From Octopus bimaculoides (taxonomy: Eukaryota), in contig NC_068991.1 in NCBI RefSeq assembly GCF_001194135.2, positions 41,285,540-41,349,539 on the forward strand: DNA of 64,000 nt, read 5' to 3'. Below, piece by piece: positions 1-12,566 of this stretch. The position numbers were made by a program, and so were the translations under genes. The notes beneath the pieces are model-generated. The model saw only the letters and a list, made by a program, of their open reading frames with translations. It had not been told where the DNA came from and ran no database searches. Every line of letters starts with the position of its first letter. Positions within the stretch are counted from its first letter, which is position 1.

Positions 1-324
1 CCATTTATTCTTTGGTGTAGTCAGAAATGAAGTTCTAAATATTTACATGCTATGTTGCTCACCATTTGCTGGCATCATACCTATATGAAATAGTTCAGAA
101 GATGAAACTTTTTAACAGAATAGTGTTTAGCTTTGAAATAAGTTCTTGGAGTTAGGTAAATTGCTCTCTCTGCTGGCCACAAAGAGCTTGGTGTCCTCAT
201 GCTTAATAAAACCAGTGATGATTCTGGCTGTCCTGGACATCAGTTCAACTAAAGTAGGATATCACTAATTTTGAAAGGATTCATTAATCACTCAATATAT
301 GTTCATTCTGTTTTATCTTTTCAG

Positions 325-402
325 TACCATATTGAACAAGGTTTGAAGCTCAATCCAAAAGATGCTTTCCTTCACTACATGCTGGGTAGATGGCACTATA
401 GG
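325..402 (+). CDS. RMDN: RMDN-family (regulator of microtubule dynamics, RMDN2/3-like) internal exon; upstream exons outside window
   Basis: tttcag|TAC...AGG|gtaaga, 78 nt, phase 0-0; YHIEQGLKLNPKDAFLHYMLGRWHYR resembles the RMDN C-terminal TPR motif (L/M)GRWCY. Confidence 0.9.
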
Positions 403-804
403 GTAAGAAATTTTTTAAAACTACTACACTGCAATGAAACAAAAAGGAAGGAATAGAATAACCATCAACTTGAGTAGCAGTTTGTTATTTCTAGGTATTA
501 CTTTTTATTTTTATTCCTGTTATGATAAACAGAGCATTTTTAGTCAGAACTTCAGACAAAAAAAATTATGAGTTCAAGATCCATCATTGGCAGTTTTATG
601 TGTTACAAGGCAAGGTACTGTTCTCACTTATTTGTTTAGTTGTTAAAAGGCCATAAGGTCATGTGCTATTTCAGTGCCTATTTTCAAGTTTGTGTGCAAC
701 TCTGTTGGGGACAGCTTAATTCTTACCAAATATTTTGTGAATTATACATATAATTTCAAAACTGATCATACTCATTGCTAAAAGTTACTCATTAATCTAT
801 AAAA

Positions 805-1010
805 AACAAGAGCACTCATAGAGCGCAAACCTCTGCCAAGGCAACACCAATGTCCTCTCAACAATTAGCTGGAGATGATTTTTAAAATGAGAATATCTGA
901 AATAAACTCGACTGCTCTCACAAATGAGAATACTAAAAATGAACCCAACCGCTCTCAAAAATTAAAAAAACTGGACAAATAATCCAGAATCCTTGTCCAG
1001 TACCTGATTG
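805..1010. mobile_element. Non-autonomous Helentron/HINE-like repeat, 5' part
   Basis: Shares the 'caaataatccagaatc...tacc.gat' core with 1650-1850; family assignment from recall. Confidence 0.4.
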
Positions 1011-1059
1011 ATCCCAATGGTAGTCATGGAATGTGAATGTGGGTGTGCGGGCTGTGTTT

Positions 1060-1310
1060 GTAATGCTGTGTGTGTGTCGTCTGCAGTGGGAACTGGGACA
1101 GTTTTCTTTATGATGGCCTCTCTTAGTCTATCCACTGATATAGTGTCTTTATGACCATTAAGGTCTATAATGAAAAATTTATCCCTGCGTGAAAGAAAAT
1201 GGAAAGGATCTGCATACAGTGCTGTTAACAGAGGTTTAACAACATCGTTGCATGCAAAAACGTGAGTCCAAGAAGTAAAGCTTCCTTCAAGACAGAGGTA
1301 GAAATGCAAT
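1060..1310 (-). mobile_element. Gypsy LTR-retrotransposon integrase C-terminal remnant
   Basis: ORF 962-1309: HVFACNDVVKPLLTALYADPFHFLSRRDKFFIIDLNGHKDTISVDRL resembles the Gypsy GPY/F region 'HVF.R.D..R.PL..PY.GPF.V..R..K.F.I..NG....VSIDRLKPA'. Confidence 0.7.
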
Positions 1311-1649
1311 TGTCAAGTAGGTAAGAGATTTTAAACAGGAGCAATATATTCAAAATTGGTAAAACTAAAAATTGTCAAGGATAAATTACATTTTTGTTAC
1401 TGAATATGTTAGTGTAATTTAATTTCTGAATGGTTTTGCTGCCGTTTGTTTATGTAGTTTGATTTCTTTATCCATCAGTTTCTAAGATAGAGATGTGAAT
1501 GAAATTAATGATAGAAAAATGAAAGTAAAACTTTGGAAACAGCAACACCACCATAACTTACGTGGAAACCATGAGAGTGCTTTCAAGGGAGATAATCCGA
1601 GAAAGACTTAATAGTGAATGTAAGATCATAATACTTCATGTAAAGTAAA

Positions 1650-1850
1650 TACAACAAATAATCCAGAATCTTTGCTCTGTACCAGATCAATCCCAAAATC
1701 TAATCAGTTCGTGCCAGTCATGAGGCCAAATATCTCTGAAAGTTTCATCTGAATCCATCCAGCGGTTCTTGAAATATCTTGTCCGTGGACAAACAAACAA
1801 ACACAACTGAAAACAATATCTCCGCCTTTGCTAAAGTGAAAGTAATAAAG
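1650..1850. mobile_element. Helentron/HINE-like non-autonomous repeat
   Basis: 'aaagtttcatctgaatcc...ggacaaacaaacaaac...gaaaacaatatctccgcc' with a degenerate terminal hairpin, typical of this element type. Confidence 0.5.
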
Positions 1851-3036
1851 ATCTTCTATTACTTCTTGCTTTCCATATTTTCACAAAAGTTATATGTTAT
1901 AGCAATCACAAAAGTACTCATGATGACATCAATAAAGCAACTAACCAATTATGATTGTTGTATTTTATGGTGGAGATCAAGATATTGCTATGAGTAGAAA
2001 ACATGCTTTGAGGATAACTTAGTGTCCTGCTGCACTTCTCCCTACTGCAACAAGTTGTTTCTTCTTCCTTTTCTGTCACCTATCTCAGGCACTTACCAAA
2101 TATGGTCATGGAGATTACCTTTCCTCCTTTTACTAAGCCATAACAAAATATGACTGTACAAGTGCACTTTACACATCCAGAGATTACAACAGCTTTGTAA
2201 TATCTCAACAATAATGATAACAACAAGAACAGGTTTGATGAACTACTTTGATGCCATTGCTTTACTTAAGTTGAGCTGACTGAAGTGACTCAATCATAAC
2301 ACTTATGTGCTAACTGTCTGTGAACCAGTCTTTCAGTGTCAAATGATCTGTCACACATTGTCATTAACAGATAAAGCAAATTACCATTATAAGAGTGCAA
2401 AAAACCTTTTACCAAACACTACACTAGTTGATAAAGTTATTCAATCTATTTAGGTCTACTGCATTATTTTTATTTTTTATGTTTGTAATGTGTTGATATA
2501 TATCTTAGGCAACATGCTTAGAGTACAGTAAAATAACAGGGTAACACCATTAGTAGGAGAGGTTAGAAAGGTAAAGGAAGAGAGTGAATTAAAATAAAAT
2601 GAAATGAAATGAAATAAAATAAAACTAGAAAGAATACAGTAAAAAGTAGTAGAGTACAAGGAAGTATGAGGAGGTTTAATTTTCCATAATAGATTTATGG
2701 ATATAAAAATTTTAAAGATTCATGGATGTTACCCTGTTATCTTACTATACTTTATTTTATATCTAAGCTCTATGTATATCTAAAGTTGATGTGGAAGTTA
2801 TGAAATAAGTTTATTCTAGGGTGTTGTTTTGTATTTGATTTTTACAGTTTTAGACAGAATGTTTGAGACTGTAAAGATGACTACTGTGCAATTTTATATT
2901 TGTTGTTGTCTGTGTATTAAGATGGAAACTATTGCAATCAGACCTTCATGGATTTACCTGTCATATTTACTTTCTTTGATCTTGAATGGCTGAAATGTAT
3001 TTCATTGAAGTTTTTCTTTTTTTTCTTTTTTACCAG

Positions 3037-3138
3037 GTGTATATGATGACTTGGATGGAGCGGAAAATTGCACATCTCATATTTGACAACAATCCCCCGC
3101 AGACGTCTCCACAAGAGACCTTAGCTCATTTTATGACG
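3037..3138 (+). CDS. RMDN: RMDN-family internal exon
   Basis: Long pyrimidine tract, taccag|GTG...ACG|gtaaaa, 102 nt; VYMMTWMERKIAHLIFDNNPPQTSPQETLAHFMT matches RMDN 'V..LSW.E.K.A..LF..PP......AL..F'. Confidence 0.92.
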
Positions 3139-4205
3139 GTAAAATACTTTTACTTCAACTATCTATATTTTGTTTTCTTTATTGTTAGTCTCTGCTAGCT
3201 TATTCTATTCATTGTACAGATTACCATTTATTATTGATTAAAAGTGATTTGCTTTAGAGTATTTTGATTGCTATCCATAGTACTACAAGTGACTTGCATT
3301 GTACCGTGCAATGAAACACTTGCATAGTTTCATTTAACTGTTTAGCATTTGGATTATTCTGTCAAATGTATTTATTCACATTGTTTGGAATTATTCATGC
3401 CTTATCTTGTAGCTTTGAGATTTTCATGATGTGATTGTTTATTTTTAGAAAAAATATTGTAGGATAGGTGTAAGAGGCTACATCTGGCTGGTTTGAACAT
3501 AACACGGGTAGAATATTTGGGCCAGAAGTGGCTGGTTGAAATGCTAAAGGGTTAAAAAGTGTTGAGTTAATTGATGCTGAAAATATTGATATTTGTGACA
3601 TAATTAAAATTAAGTAATGTAACCCCGGCTGATTTTTGGAAAATTAGCCCACATATCTGAATATTTGGTGATAGAAGGCAGCATGTCAAACACCAGTATT
3701 GGGTATTCACTGTTAGAAAAGAGAAGTGAGCAAATCAGTTGAATAAATTTTAGCTATTGCTAAATAATTGATTGTGTCAGTAGGACGCTTTATGTCTATA
3801 ATTTTATAAAGAAAGTTAACCTGGAGTAGTTTTCTATAAGCCTCTCCAGATGATTTGAACTGTTCACTAGTTTGATAAAACTCATCAAGTGAGTTTTGTC
3901 AAACTCACCATTCAAAACAGTTTCTTGTTATGTTTGGTTATCAGTCTGAGAAAAAAAAAAAAGATGGGATGGTCATGGTGGAAAGCCTTTGATCACATCT
4001 GCTTCATCAGAGCTGACCAAGTTTTAGATAATAACTACATGGTATTGAAAAGAAAAAAAATGATCCTTGATTTTTCCAGAATTCAATTTGACCCTAAAAG
4101 TTTAACATTGGAGAAATAAAGAGAATGATTTTTTTGTTATATTTACTTTCTGACCAGTTAAATTGTGCATTTACCTATGTAAAGTACTTTTTAATTTACT
4201 TTTAG

Positions 4206-4259
4206 GCAGAAAAACTGCGTCCCATGATATGGAAAGAAAATCTATTACACATTGCTCGA
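4206..4259 (+). CDS. RMDN: RMDN-family internal exon
   Basis: tttag|GCA...CGA|gtacgt, 54 nt; AEKLRPMIWKENLLHIAR matches RMDN 'AE.L.P......L..AK'; phase 0 fits the next exon. Confidence 0.88.
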
Positions 4260-5955
4260 GTACGTAAGCTAAAATTTGTTTTTTCTGTTTTACATCCATT
4301 TTTCGATATGAGTAATGGTATTTGTTGGCAGGGAAACTCTTTTTACAAGTTGCTCTTATTATAAACCACTTGCATGTGAAGTTGAAAGAAAGCTTGTTTT
4401 GTCAGTTGGGTAGATTGGAGCAAGCAATTTACCAGAGTAAATTTTGAACTTATGACTGTACCTTTTGCTTTAAGCCATTGTACTGTTTTATAGGGGACCA
4501 AACTACAAGCCAAAAGATATCCTGTCAATTGCGTTTGTGCTTAAGAAACAAAACTTTCAAATGGCCCAGTCCATCTAGCTGTAAATAGATGCTACATTAT
4601 TGGAACAGTTCACCACTAAATGACAGCAACAGTTAATTTGGATGAGTAATTTTGTTAACATGTTGCACTAAACTTAACTCCTCATGTGTGTATAAACATA
4701 GAAAAGGATGGTCTCTACTTGGTTAATTTAATGAAGATATACTATTTTATTGATAAAATATTTTGCAGGTCTCTCTATGGTACATTAAGTTTTGAAACTC
4801 ATGTTGCATGTATTTAAGGAGCTTGATTAAATGTATCAAAGCTGAGCTGGTTGAGAAAAGAAAAACATGAGTAGCTCAAGAACGCTGAATGTTAATGGTG
4901 ATTCAATGCTTGTGACACATAAATATCAAGGCAACATCTTAGAAGTACAATTTTCTTGAAATTGTATTTCTTTTGCCAAATATTTTTTACCTAAGAATTT
5001 AAATTTTTGTTTGCATTCAAGTATTTTTCTCTTTTTTTCTCTTGAGTTGGACTTATGAGGTTAAGATAGATTGACTCCTAATCACAAGAGAATGAGTTCA
5101 AACCTGGGTATCGCCATTCTTTTTTGTGTCCTCTGGGCAAAATACATTACTCTGCTTTCTTCAGTCTGTCAAACTGAAATATAAGTTGTGATAAAACCTA
5201 ATTTACCAGTGTTAGATTAACAATCAGTTATGCAATCTTGCTGTAAAAATTTCTGCTTCAACAATTTATATGTAAAATTGAAAGTTTGGATAAAATCATC
5301 CATCAAATGTGCTGAGATGGAAAATTAACTGTTACAAGGTCTTGGAATAGGGATAGTTTCAAGAAGTCTATACAGTTAATATCCAGTTACTTTTCTCTTT
5401 CTTTCTGTGCATTTCAAACTGCCTATGTGTTTGTTTGGCAATCTATCTATCTTAATGTATATCTAATTTTATGAATTAACTTTCCAAGCTGTGACTCATT
5501 TAACCTTCCTCCACATTTGCTATCTTCACACCTCTACCATTTCCATAATCTATGCCAGTATCAAGCCATTTGTTTACTTATCAACATAGTACTGATAAAA
5601 TCAAATTTCAATAAAACAGAACTCTCATTTCTCCTATTGCTTTATTTTCAAAAGCTAACTTTGACCTTTTCTATTTTTAATTTGTTTATTACTTATTATT
5701 CTTGATTTCTTGTTGAGCCACTACTAACCCATTTGTTGGTGTCTAGAGAGCACTTCATTCATTCATTCCAATCCCCTCCCACACATTATCCTCATTGTCA
5801 TTACCATTATCAGGTACTACAATCATAATCTATCTCACCTGGTTGTCATCCACGTCATTTCTGCTTGTTTCCTTTTTCTTTTTCATAGTGGACCATTTTG
5901 TGTTCGGAGGGGCATTGGATTAGTCTGGAGAAAGGGACTGCTCCTATGGTGATCT

Positions 5956-6020
5956 CAGGTCCTCTGGGACCAATGTTCTTCATGGGCAGGTCCTCTGGGA
6001 CCAATGTTCTTCATGGGCAG
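5956..6020. repeat. Perfect 31-bp tandem duplication
   Basis: caggtcctctgggaccaatgttcttcatggg repeated at 5956 and 5987. Confidence 0.9.
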
Positions 6021-6779
6021 TTTGTATTGAATGTATCTGTAATATAGAATGACTATGTTTTGGATCTACGTAACCACTTTTAACAAGGTTAACTTGAGGC
6101 TATAGTAAAAGTCACTTGCCCAATGTGTGATGCAAATGTAATCAAGTCTGTATGGTGAACTTAATCACTCAGCAATGATTGTACTTTGGACAATTTGATG
6201 TCATTGAGCAATTGTTTTTGCATACGATGTATCATTCATCTAGAATGAACAAACTAATGATGAACCTTTGTGTTTACTCAGCTTGTTTAGAATAGCAGTC
6301 AGATCTTCCTCATATTACACCCTATCATCTTAAGGAAAAAACAAAACAAAAAGGGAACATTTTATTATGCAAACTTATGTACAATGTACCTAGTTAAAAA
6401 AAATAAAGACCTGATTGTTATAGCTGAAATGCCTTTGGCCATAGGTCTATTAGTTCAAAGATGACCTGATGTTAAACAATTATAATAGAAAACTAAGTAA
6501 AGCATTATGTATATTATAAAATTTTAGTATATAATTAGGACAAATATATATCAAATGGAACAAACATACCTTAGATATCACCACATTCATTCAATCTTAA
6601 TTCTAGGAAGAATTAAACACTAACATTATTAAACTACAACAAAGAAACCACATTTACCCAAAGCATATACCTATTGTAACACACACACATACACACACAG
6701 GAAACCATTCTGTGAATGAATTGGAGTGAAGGGAAAGATGGTGTAAAATTGTAAACATTAATTTTTTTTTTTCTTTTAG

Positions 6780-6860
6780 TGTTATGCGGAGATGGAAAAA
6801 TATTCTGAAGCTGTCAAATGGCTGTTGAAAGCCAAGAAAATAAGACGTAGTGAAATTGAT
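6780..6860 (+). CDS. RMDN: RMDN-family penultimate coding exon
   Basis: ttcttttag|TGT...GAT|gtaaga, 81 nt; CYAEMEKYSEAVKWLLKAKKIRRSEID matches RMDN 'CY..L....EA..WL..A'. Confidence 0.9.
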
Positions 6861-8044
6861 GTAAGAAACTACCTTTCTATATTCAACTAATTGCTGTATG
6901 GTTGTTGTTTAACATGTATACATAAGCATGTATGTTTATGTGTGTTTGTGAAGTATCACGTTCCATGTTATATGTTGTCAAATTTTGTGCTATTGGATCC
7001 TTTATGTATGTAACTTTTTATGGCTAATTAGTCTAATTCTTGTGATATATATGGAATATAGCCAATATAGATCTGGGAAGACCACAGTTCAAAGAAATAT
7101 TCAATGCACAATGATGGAGAGTGTATACTTCATTGTGATATTGATTGGTCCTAAGGAGAGCTCTAAATGACACGGTCACCAGACTTGGATCATTGGGGGA
7201 AGAGCGTGAGAGTGTATGTGCCTTCCCCAACGAGCTGAGTCTGCTTCATGTATCATTCAGGCTTGCGAAACAGACGACCTTTCTGTAGAGCCTCTGATTA
7301 TCGAAATAGAAAATTATATGTATATATTTATGTGTATATATATATGATCTATAACTGTGATTTTGACTAAATATATTTTGTCAATTCTCATGGTTATGGA
7401 TTAAGAATCTTGAATCTCAGGCTTCTTACTTTGAGTACATTATTTTAAGTGACCTGGCAATGTTCCTTTGAACCTCTCATTTCTGTGAACACACTCACAC
7501 ACACAGACGTATGAACTAAGAAAAAGAACACAGAGTGGCAAATAGGAAGTATATGAACAACATAGACAAATATAGATATACCACATACCATCCAATATAG
7601 TTTTAATAAATCAAGAATTTATCTCCACCTCTAGAGTGTGTCACAATTACCAAATGGTAATTGAGACCAGCTCCATGTGAGGAAGGGAGATAATTTCCAG
7701 AATGAAGAATTTTCCAAAGTTGTACTGTTGTTAAAGCAAAGGACAAGCTTGTCATGTGCACACACACGCACGCACGCATGCACGCACATTAATTTTCCCC
7801 CACTTCAACTGAGGGGATAGTAATGTTATGTGAGTTATTCTGTGGGTTATTACTTGTCCTGTGCCTAAACTCAAGTTCATTTTTAGGAGTAACTTGATTT
7901 CAGATTTGAAGAACTGAATGACTCTTCAGTCAGCAAATCTCCTGGTATTTAGATCAGGTAGTAAAGCCTTTTGATAGAAACTTGCTTGACACTACCTCTG
8001 GTTCTAGACAAAAACTTCCTGTTTAAAGTGATGTATGTTTAAAC

Positions 8045-8295
8045 CAGTGGTTCTCAACCAGGGTCCATAAGACCCTTAAGGGTTCATATACGATTTTGTT
8101 GTTAAAATTTATGTGCAATAAATTGGTCATACTTCTACAATACACGCAATGTTTTAATGATTTTTTAATACAATTCCTAATCATATTTAATTTTAAAAAT
8201 ATAATTAGACTTTTTGAACTTTGAATGGCTCTGAGGGTCCATCTGAGTAATAGTAATCAAAGGAGTTCATAGGAAAAAATGGTTGAGAACCACTG
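8045..8295. mobile_element. hAT (Charlie-type) MITE in last RMDN intron
   Basis: Perfect 15-bp TIRs CAGTGGTTCTCAACC; 8-bp flanks gtttaaac/atttaaac (7/8 TSD match); partial copy at 63188. Confidence 0.88.
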
Positions 8296-8575
8296 ATTTA
8301 AACCTTCCATTAAAATTTTGTATTAAAATATATTCTAAATACCAGCTTATTCATGATAAAGTTAATTTACTAAATTCTTCTTTAGTTTCAAATTAACTGA
8401 AACAAAGGTGGTGTAGGGTAACAAAGGGTCTCTTAGTTGCCTAGTTTTCATATTGCTTCGTTTCTTTCTCTGTATTTTAGTTTAATTTTGATTGCCTCGG
8501 TATCTGTGTGTACACACAAAATTTCAGTTATCATTTTCTGATTTTAAAAATATTGTTTCTGTTTCCCTTTCTCAG

Positions 8576-8635
8576 GATGAAAAAACAGACAAAGACATTG
8601 AAGATCTTCTGTCAAAATACATTTCCTATGGATAA
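8576..8635 (+). CDS. RMDN: RMDN-family last coding exon
   Basis: ttctcag|GAT...TAA; DEKTDKDIEDLLSKYISYG* matches the RMDN terminal helix 'ED.....E...LL'. Confidence 0.85.
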   Translation, partial: DEKTDKDIEDLLSKYISYG

Positions 8636-8797
8636 CATTTCGTGCTGATGTCTTTCATGTATGTACCTGATGTAGAAGGCAGTAATGAAAAGGAGCAATG
8701 TGCAATCAAAATGAAATTTTAAAGAAAGATAAAAGTTTATAAGATAACTTAAGAAAAACATGGTTGTGGGGTACGTTCTGTGAACTTGTATCTCAGA

Positions 8798-8803
8798 AAT
8801 AAA
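8798..8803 (+). terminator. Candidate AATAAA polyadenylation signal of RMDN gene (second candidate at 9194-9199)
   Basis: First AATAAA after the stop codon, but followed by a genomic A run; 9194-9199 is followed by a GT-rich stretch. Confidence 0.35.
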
Positions 8804-9029
8804 ATAACAAAAAAAAAAAAAATGTAAAATATTAAAATGGCATTAGAGAGCAAGAAAAAGTACTTGGAATTCATTATTATTATTATTATTATTAGTAGAA
8901 GTAGTAGTAGCTGTTGTAGTAATATTTATTATTTTGTTCTTATTTCTTGTATTTCTAAAACATTTTGAGAGAAATGTGACTTTTTGTCACTGGACATATG
9001 TTGGTGTATGTGCGTAAGTATGTATGTTG

Positions 9030-9064
<35 letters not shown>

Positions 9065-12036
9065 TGAGTGTGAGTGTGCTTATATGCATTCACATTTTTT
9101 TTCTGTTGGAACTCTGAATAAGTTCAGTATATTATTTTTCATGTTAAACTTCTTATATTTGTTGCAGATTTTTATTTAGCTGTTAGAAACTGAAATAAAT
9201 GGAGTTAAGATGGTGTGTTACCACAAGCATCATGAAATGTGCATTGTGCAGCTTTACTGCTCATCTTAGTTCATCATAAATTTATCTTGCTATGTAATTC
9301 AAACATCCCACATTGATATATCAATTTATTTACCCACCATTTTTTTTTGCAAATGTGCAAAATCTGGAAAAAAAAAAGAAAAATGCATGATAGCAGCATG
9401 GAAAGATGTATGTTAAAATGCCATTTGGAAACAAATTACTAAAGATTGTTTCCAGCAGGTATGTGTTTGGATTTTACTATTGTATTATCTGTGGCCATAC
9501 TGAGATGTTATTACTAGTAATATTACTGCAACTTTATGTTGTATACTGGTATGAGTAACTTGAAGGTTAATTATTTTATTCATGCTTATTATATTGCTTC
9601 AGAAGGAGATTTGGACAGTACAAAAAATGATGTGCAAAGCTGTAGAAAACAATGAAGCATTTTCTATCTGAAAATGACCATATCACTAACTTGTGATTCA
9701 TTAGAAGAGCTGTTGATTTACTATGTAAAAAGACTGCAAAATCCACACAGTAATGAAATGAAATAACAGCAATCTAAAGCTATAAATGCTACACTTAAAA
9801 ATACCTTTGAAGAAAATGCAGCAACATGTTGCTGATGACAAATTTATATGAAACACTTTTGAATTCTTAACATGAATGTTGCTGATTTAAAACCTTATTT
9901 CAGTTGCAACCGGAGTCATAGCTTTACTGTTGTTTCAACTTAAATAGATTGCTAATTGACAATCAAATTTGCAACATAAGTGTTTAGATAGTGAAATATG
10001 AAAGCTGTACCACAATGGACAAACACACTCACACACACACATGCTCTCTCCAAATCAAAACTATTTATTGTAAATAATTAAAAGCATTCCAAAGACAACA
10101 AATCTCTCTAATGTTATAAATTATCTCCACTACAACAGCCATTCCTCCAGTAATAATACTGTTGATTGAATGTCTTTACAGAAGTATGAGACATCATTTT
10201 CAAATAACATACAGCTCTTACACAAACTCTTTTTATCACTCTTTAGAAATGTTATTTGTTTAGTTCTGGCAGTTTTAAGCAATGATGGGTATGGTGTTTT
10301 TGTTTTTCTTACTGTACAGAAATCTATAAGGAAATATGAAAAAGAAAAATAATGTCATGAAATTTAGAAAATAGTAACAGATCTATGTTTTCATTGAAAC
10401 CTTACAAAAGGGCATGTCTATATAGCCATCTGTGTATGTTAGTATAATGTGTGTATAAACTTATCTATTCATGTGAGTGTGTGTATGATCTCTCTCTGTC
10501 TATCAACACACACATGTATACTAAGTCAATCTGCTCTTGTATGTTTTTTTTTATGAGTTTTGCCTCAAGTGCTTCAAAAATCTGAAGAGAAACATTTTTC
10601 TTCTACAAGAACTTTTATGTGATAAGTATTATTATTATTATTATTATAACTAATTATGTTGATATTAATTATTTTGAAGAGGAGATGAGAGTGGACAATG
10701 TTTTTGAAATTATTATTTAACAGCTGAGAAATCCAGATTGAATTGTTTGAATCATCAAGATGTTGTGATTTGTCAGCTTCTTGGGTCTTTGAATTTGCTT
10801 GTGTCACATTCTTGAAAATAACACACCTTATTTTCTTCTTGATATTACTTTGATTGCAGTGAGGCCTTGCAATTCTTTTTGTTTGTTTTCTCTTTCATGG
10901 CTAAGTCCATGCTTATGTACCACCTTTTGAGTAGTGTATTTTTTATTGCTCTATGTATCTAATATATATAATAAGTTCCTAATAGAGAGCAATGAACATG
11001 TTCCAGCTTCAATATAGCACCAACATATATGATGTAAACTCAGTTGTAACACGTTTTAAAAAGTATTACTTAAGAATATTACTTTTGTAATTTTTGTGTG
11101 TTAATATATCTATATTTGTGACATGGGTCATAAATCATAATGTAAGCCACAACTCAATTTCAGTTTACTTCACTCACACTACTATTGCCCTTGGAAAATG
11201 CAGGAATATTGCACCTCATTCACCCTCCTTTCTGAAATTGTAGGGCCCTTGCTAGTACTTTTGTCATATTTGAGACTTTGTAAAGACTCAATATAAGATT
11301 ACTCATCTTTTGTGAGAGACAATTTGTAGGTATAAAATTAAACCATTCAGGTAGAGATATACTCACATACATATAATCACATCATTACTTTTTTGTATCC
11401 TAGAGCAAACTTAAATGGATCTGAGCTTGTTAAATAATATATATATATTGCTGGATTTTTTTCCCCCTCTTTATTTATGTATAGTCAGAGAATGTATAAT
11501 TTTTTGCAACCATCAGATTATTTAACAGGTTTACTTTTCTGTTTCTAATTTCATATTTAAAATTTTTTTTCTGTATTGTTCTTCTTTATAAGTAAAATTT
11601 TCTTGTTACTCTTTGTTTGTTTTCACTTGTCTTTGTTTATATAAATATTGTTTATTTTGTCACATATATTTGGAGGAGGATTTGATGCGTTCTTCATTAG
11701 GTTTATATGAATGCTCACATGTATTGACATGTGTGTCTGTGTAATCATATGCAACTCTATATCATTTCGCCAACAGGCATTTCTCTGTAGCATGAATTTA
11801 TTCATAAACTGTCTCATCCTCCTTCTTTGGTAGCCTATTTATATACATATAGCTGAGGATAGTGGCAGACAATAACTAAGTTTAGGATTTCTGTTTTGTT
11901 GTGAACTGTTTATCATTCCATTTTTGTACTGTTTTGTGTACATATTTCCAGATTAAAAAGTTTTTAAACATCCACTCTACACACTTTCTACCAAATTGTT
12001 TATCAGTCACTGCTTGGATACAAATAAAGATTCCAA

Positions 12037-12086
<50 letters not shown>

Positions 12087-12146
12087 TGAAGCAATGAAAG
12101 AAAGTAGCACTAAACGTATTTGGTTGGAACTACATGTTCTTAATGA

Positions 12147-12275
12147 CCGTTTGACTCAGCTCCACATTAAAGTCTCATGAGCATATATCTGTCCACCTCA
12201 TCAGGTATTTGGAGACAGTATCTGATGTACCCTATACCCACGAAATTTTATAGAATGTGAAGCTGAGTCAAACTG
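12147..12275. mobile_element. Small TIR element (MITE, probably Tc1/mariner type)
   Basis: Arms gtttgactcagctccacatt (12149-12168) and aatgtgaagctgagtcaaac (12254-12273), 19/20 complementary; right end ...CTG|TA. Confidence 0.6.
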
Positions 12276-12530
12276 TATCGTGTGTGTGTTATACTGATAT
12301 CTTCATCTTTGTCTTCTATTTTACTCTTTGAAAATACATACTAAGTCATTCAATCAGTGATATATATCTATATTTATATCTACACTTAGATTTCCTGCAC
12401 TTATGCACCTAGTGATTATATTTTATGGAATCACATTAAATATATCTTAATGTATAGATAGTTGAGAATTCATATCAAGTGCTGCAGAAGGAATATGCCA
12501 AAATTTTACTAAACCCATATTTACACATTA

Positions 12531-12566
<36 letters not shown>

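Noticed and set aside
10574-10894. About 107-codon open frame on the - strand
   Set aside because: Closed by TGA at 10895-10897, no ATG or convincing splice sites, includes an (AAT)n run, no recognisable domain.
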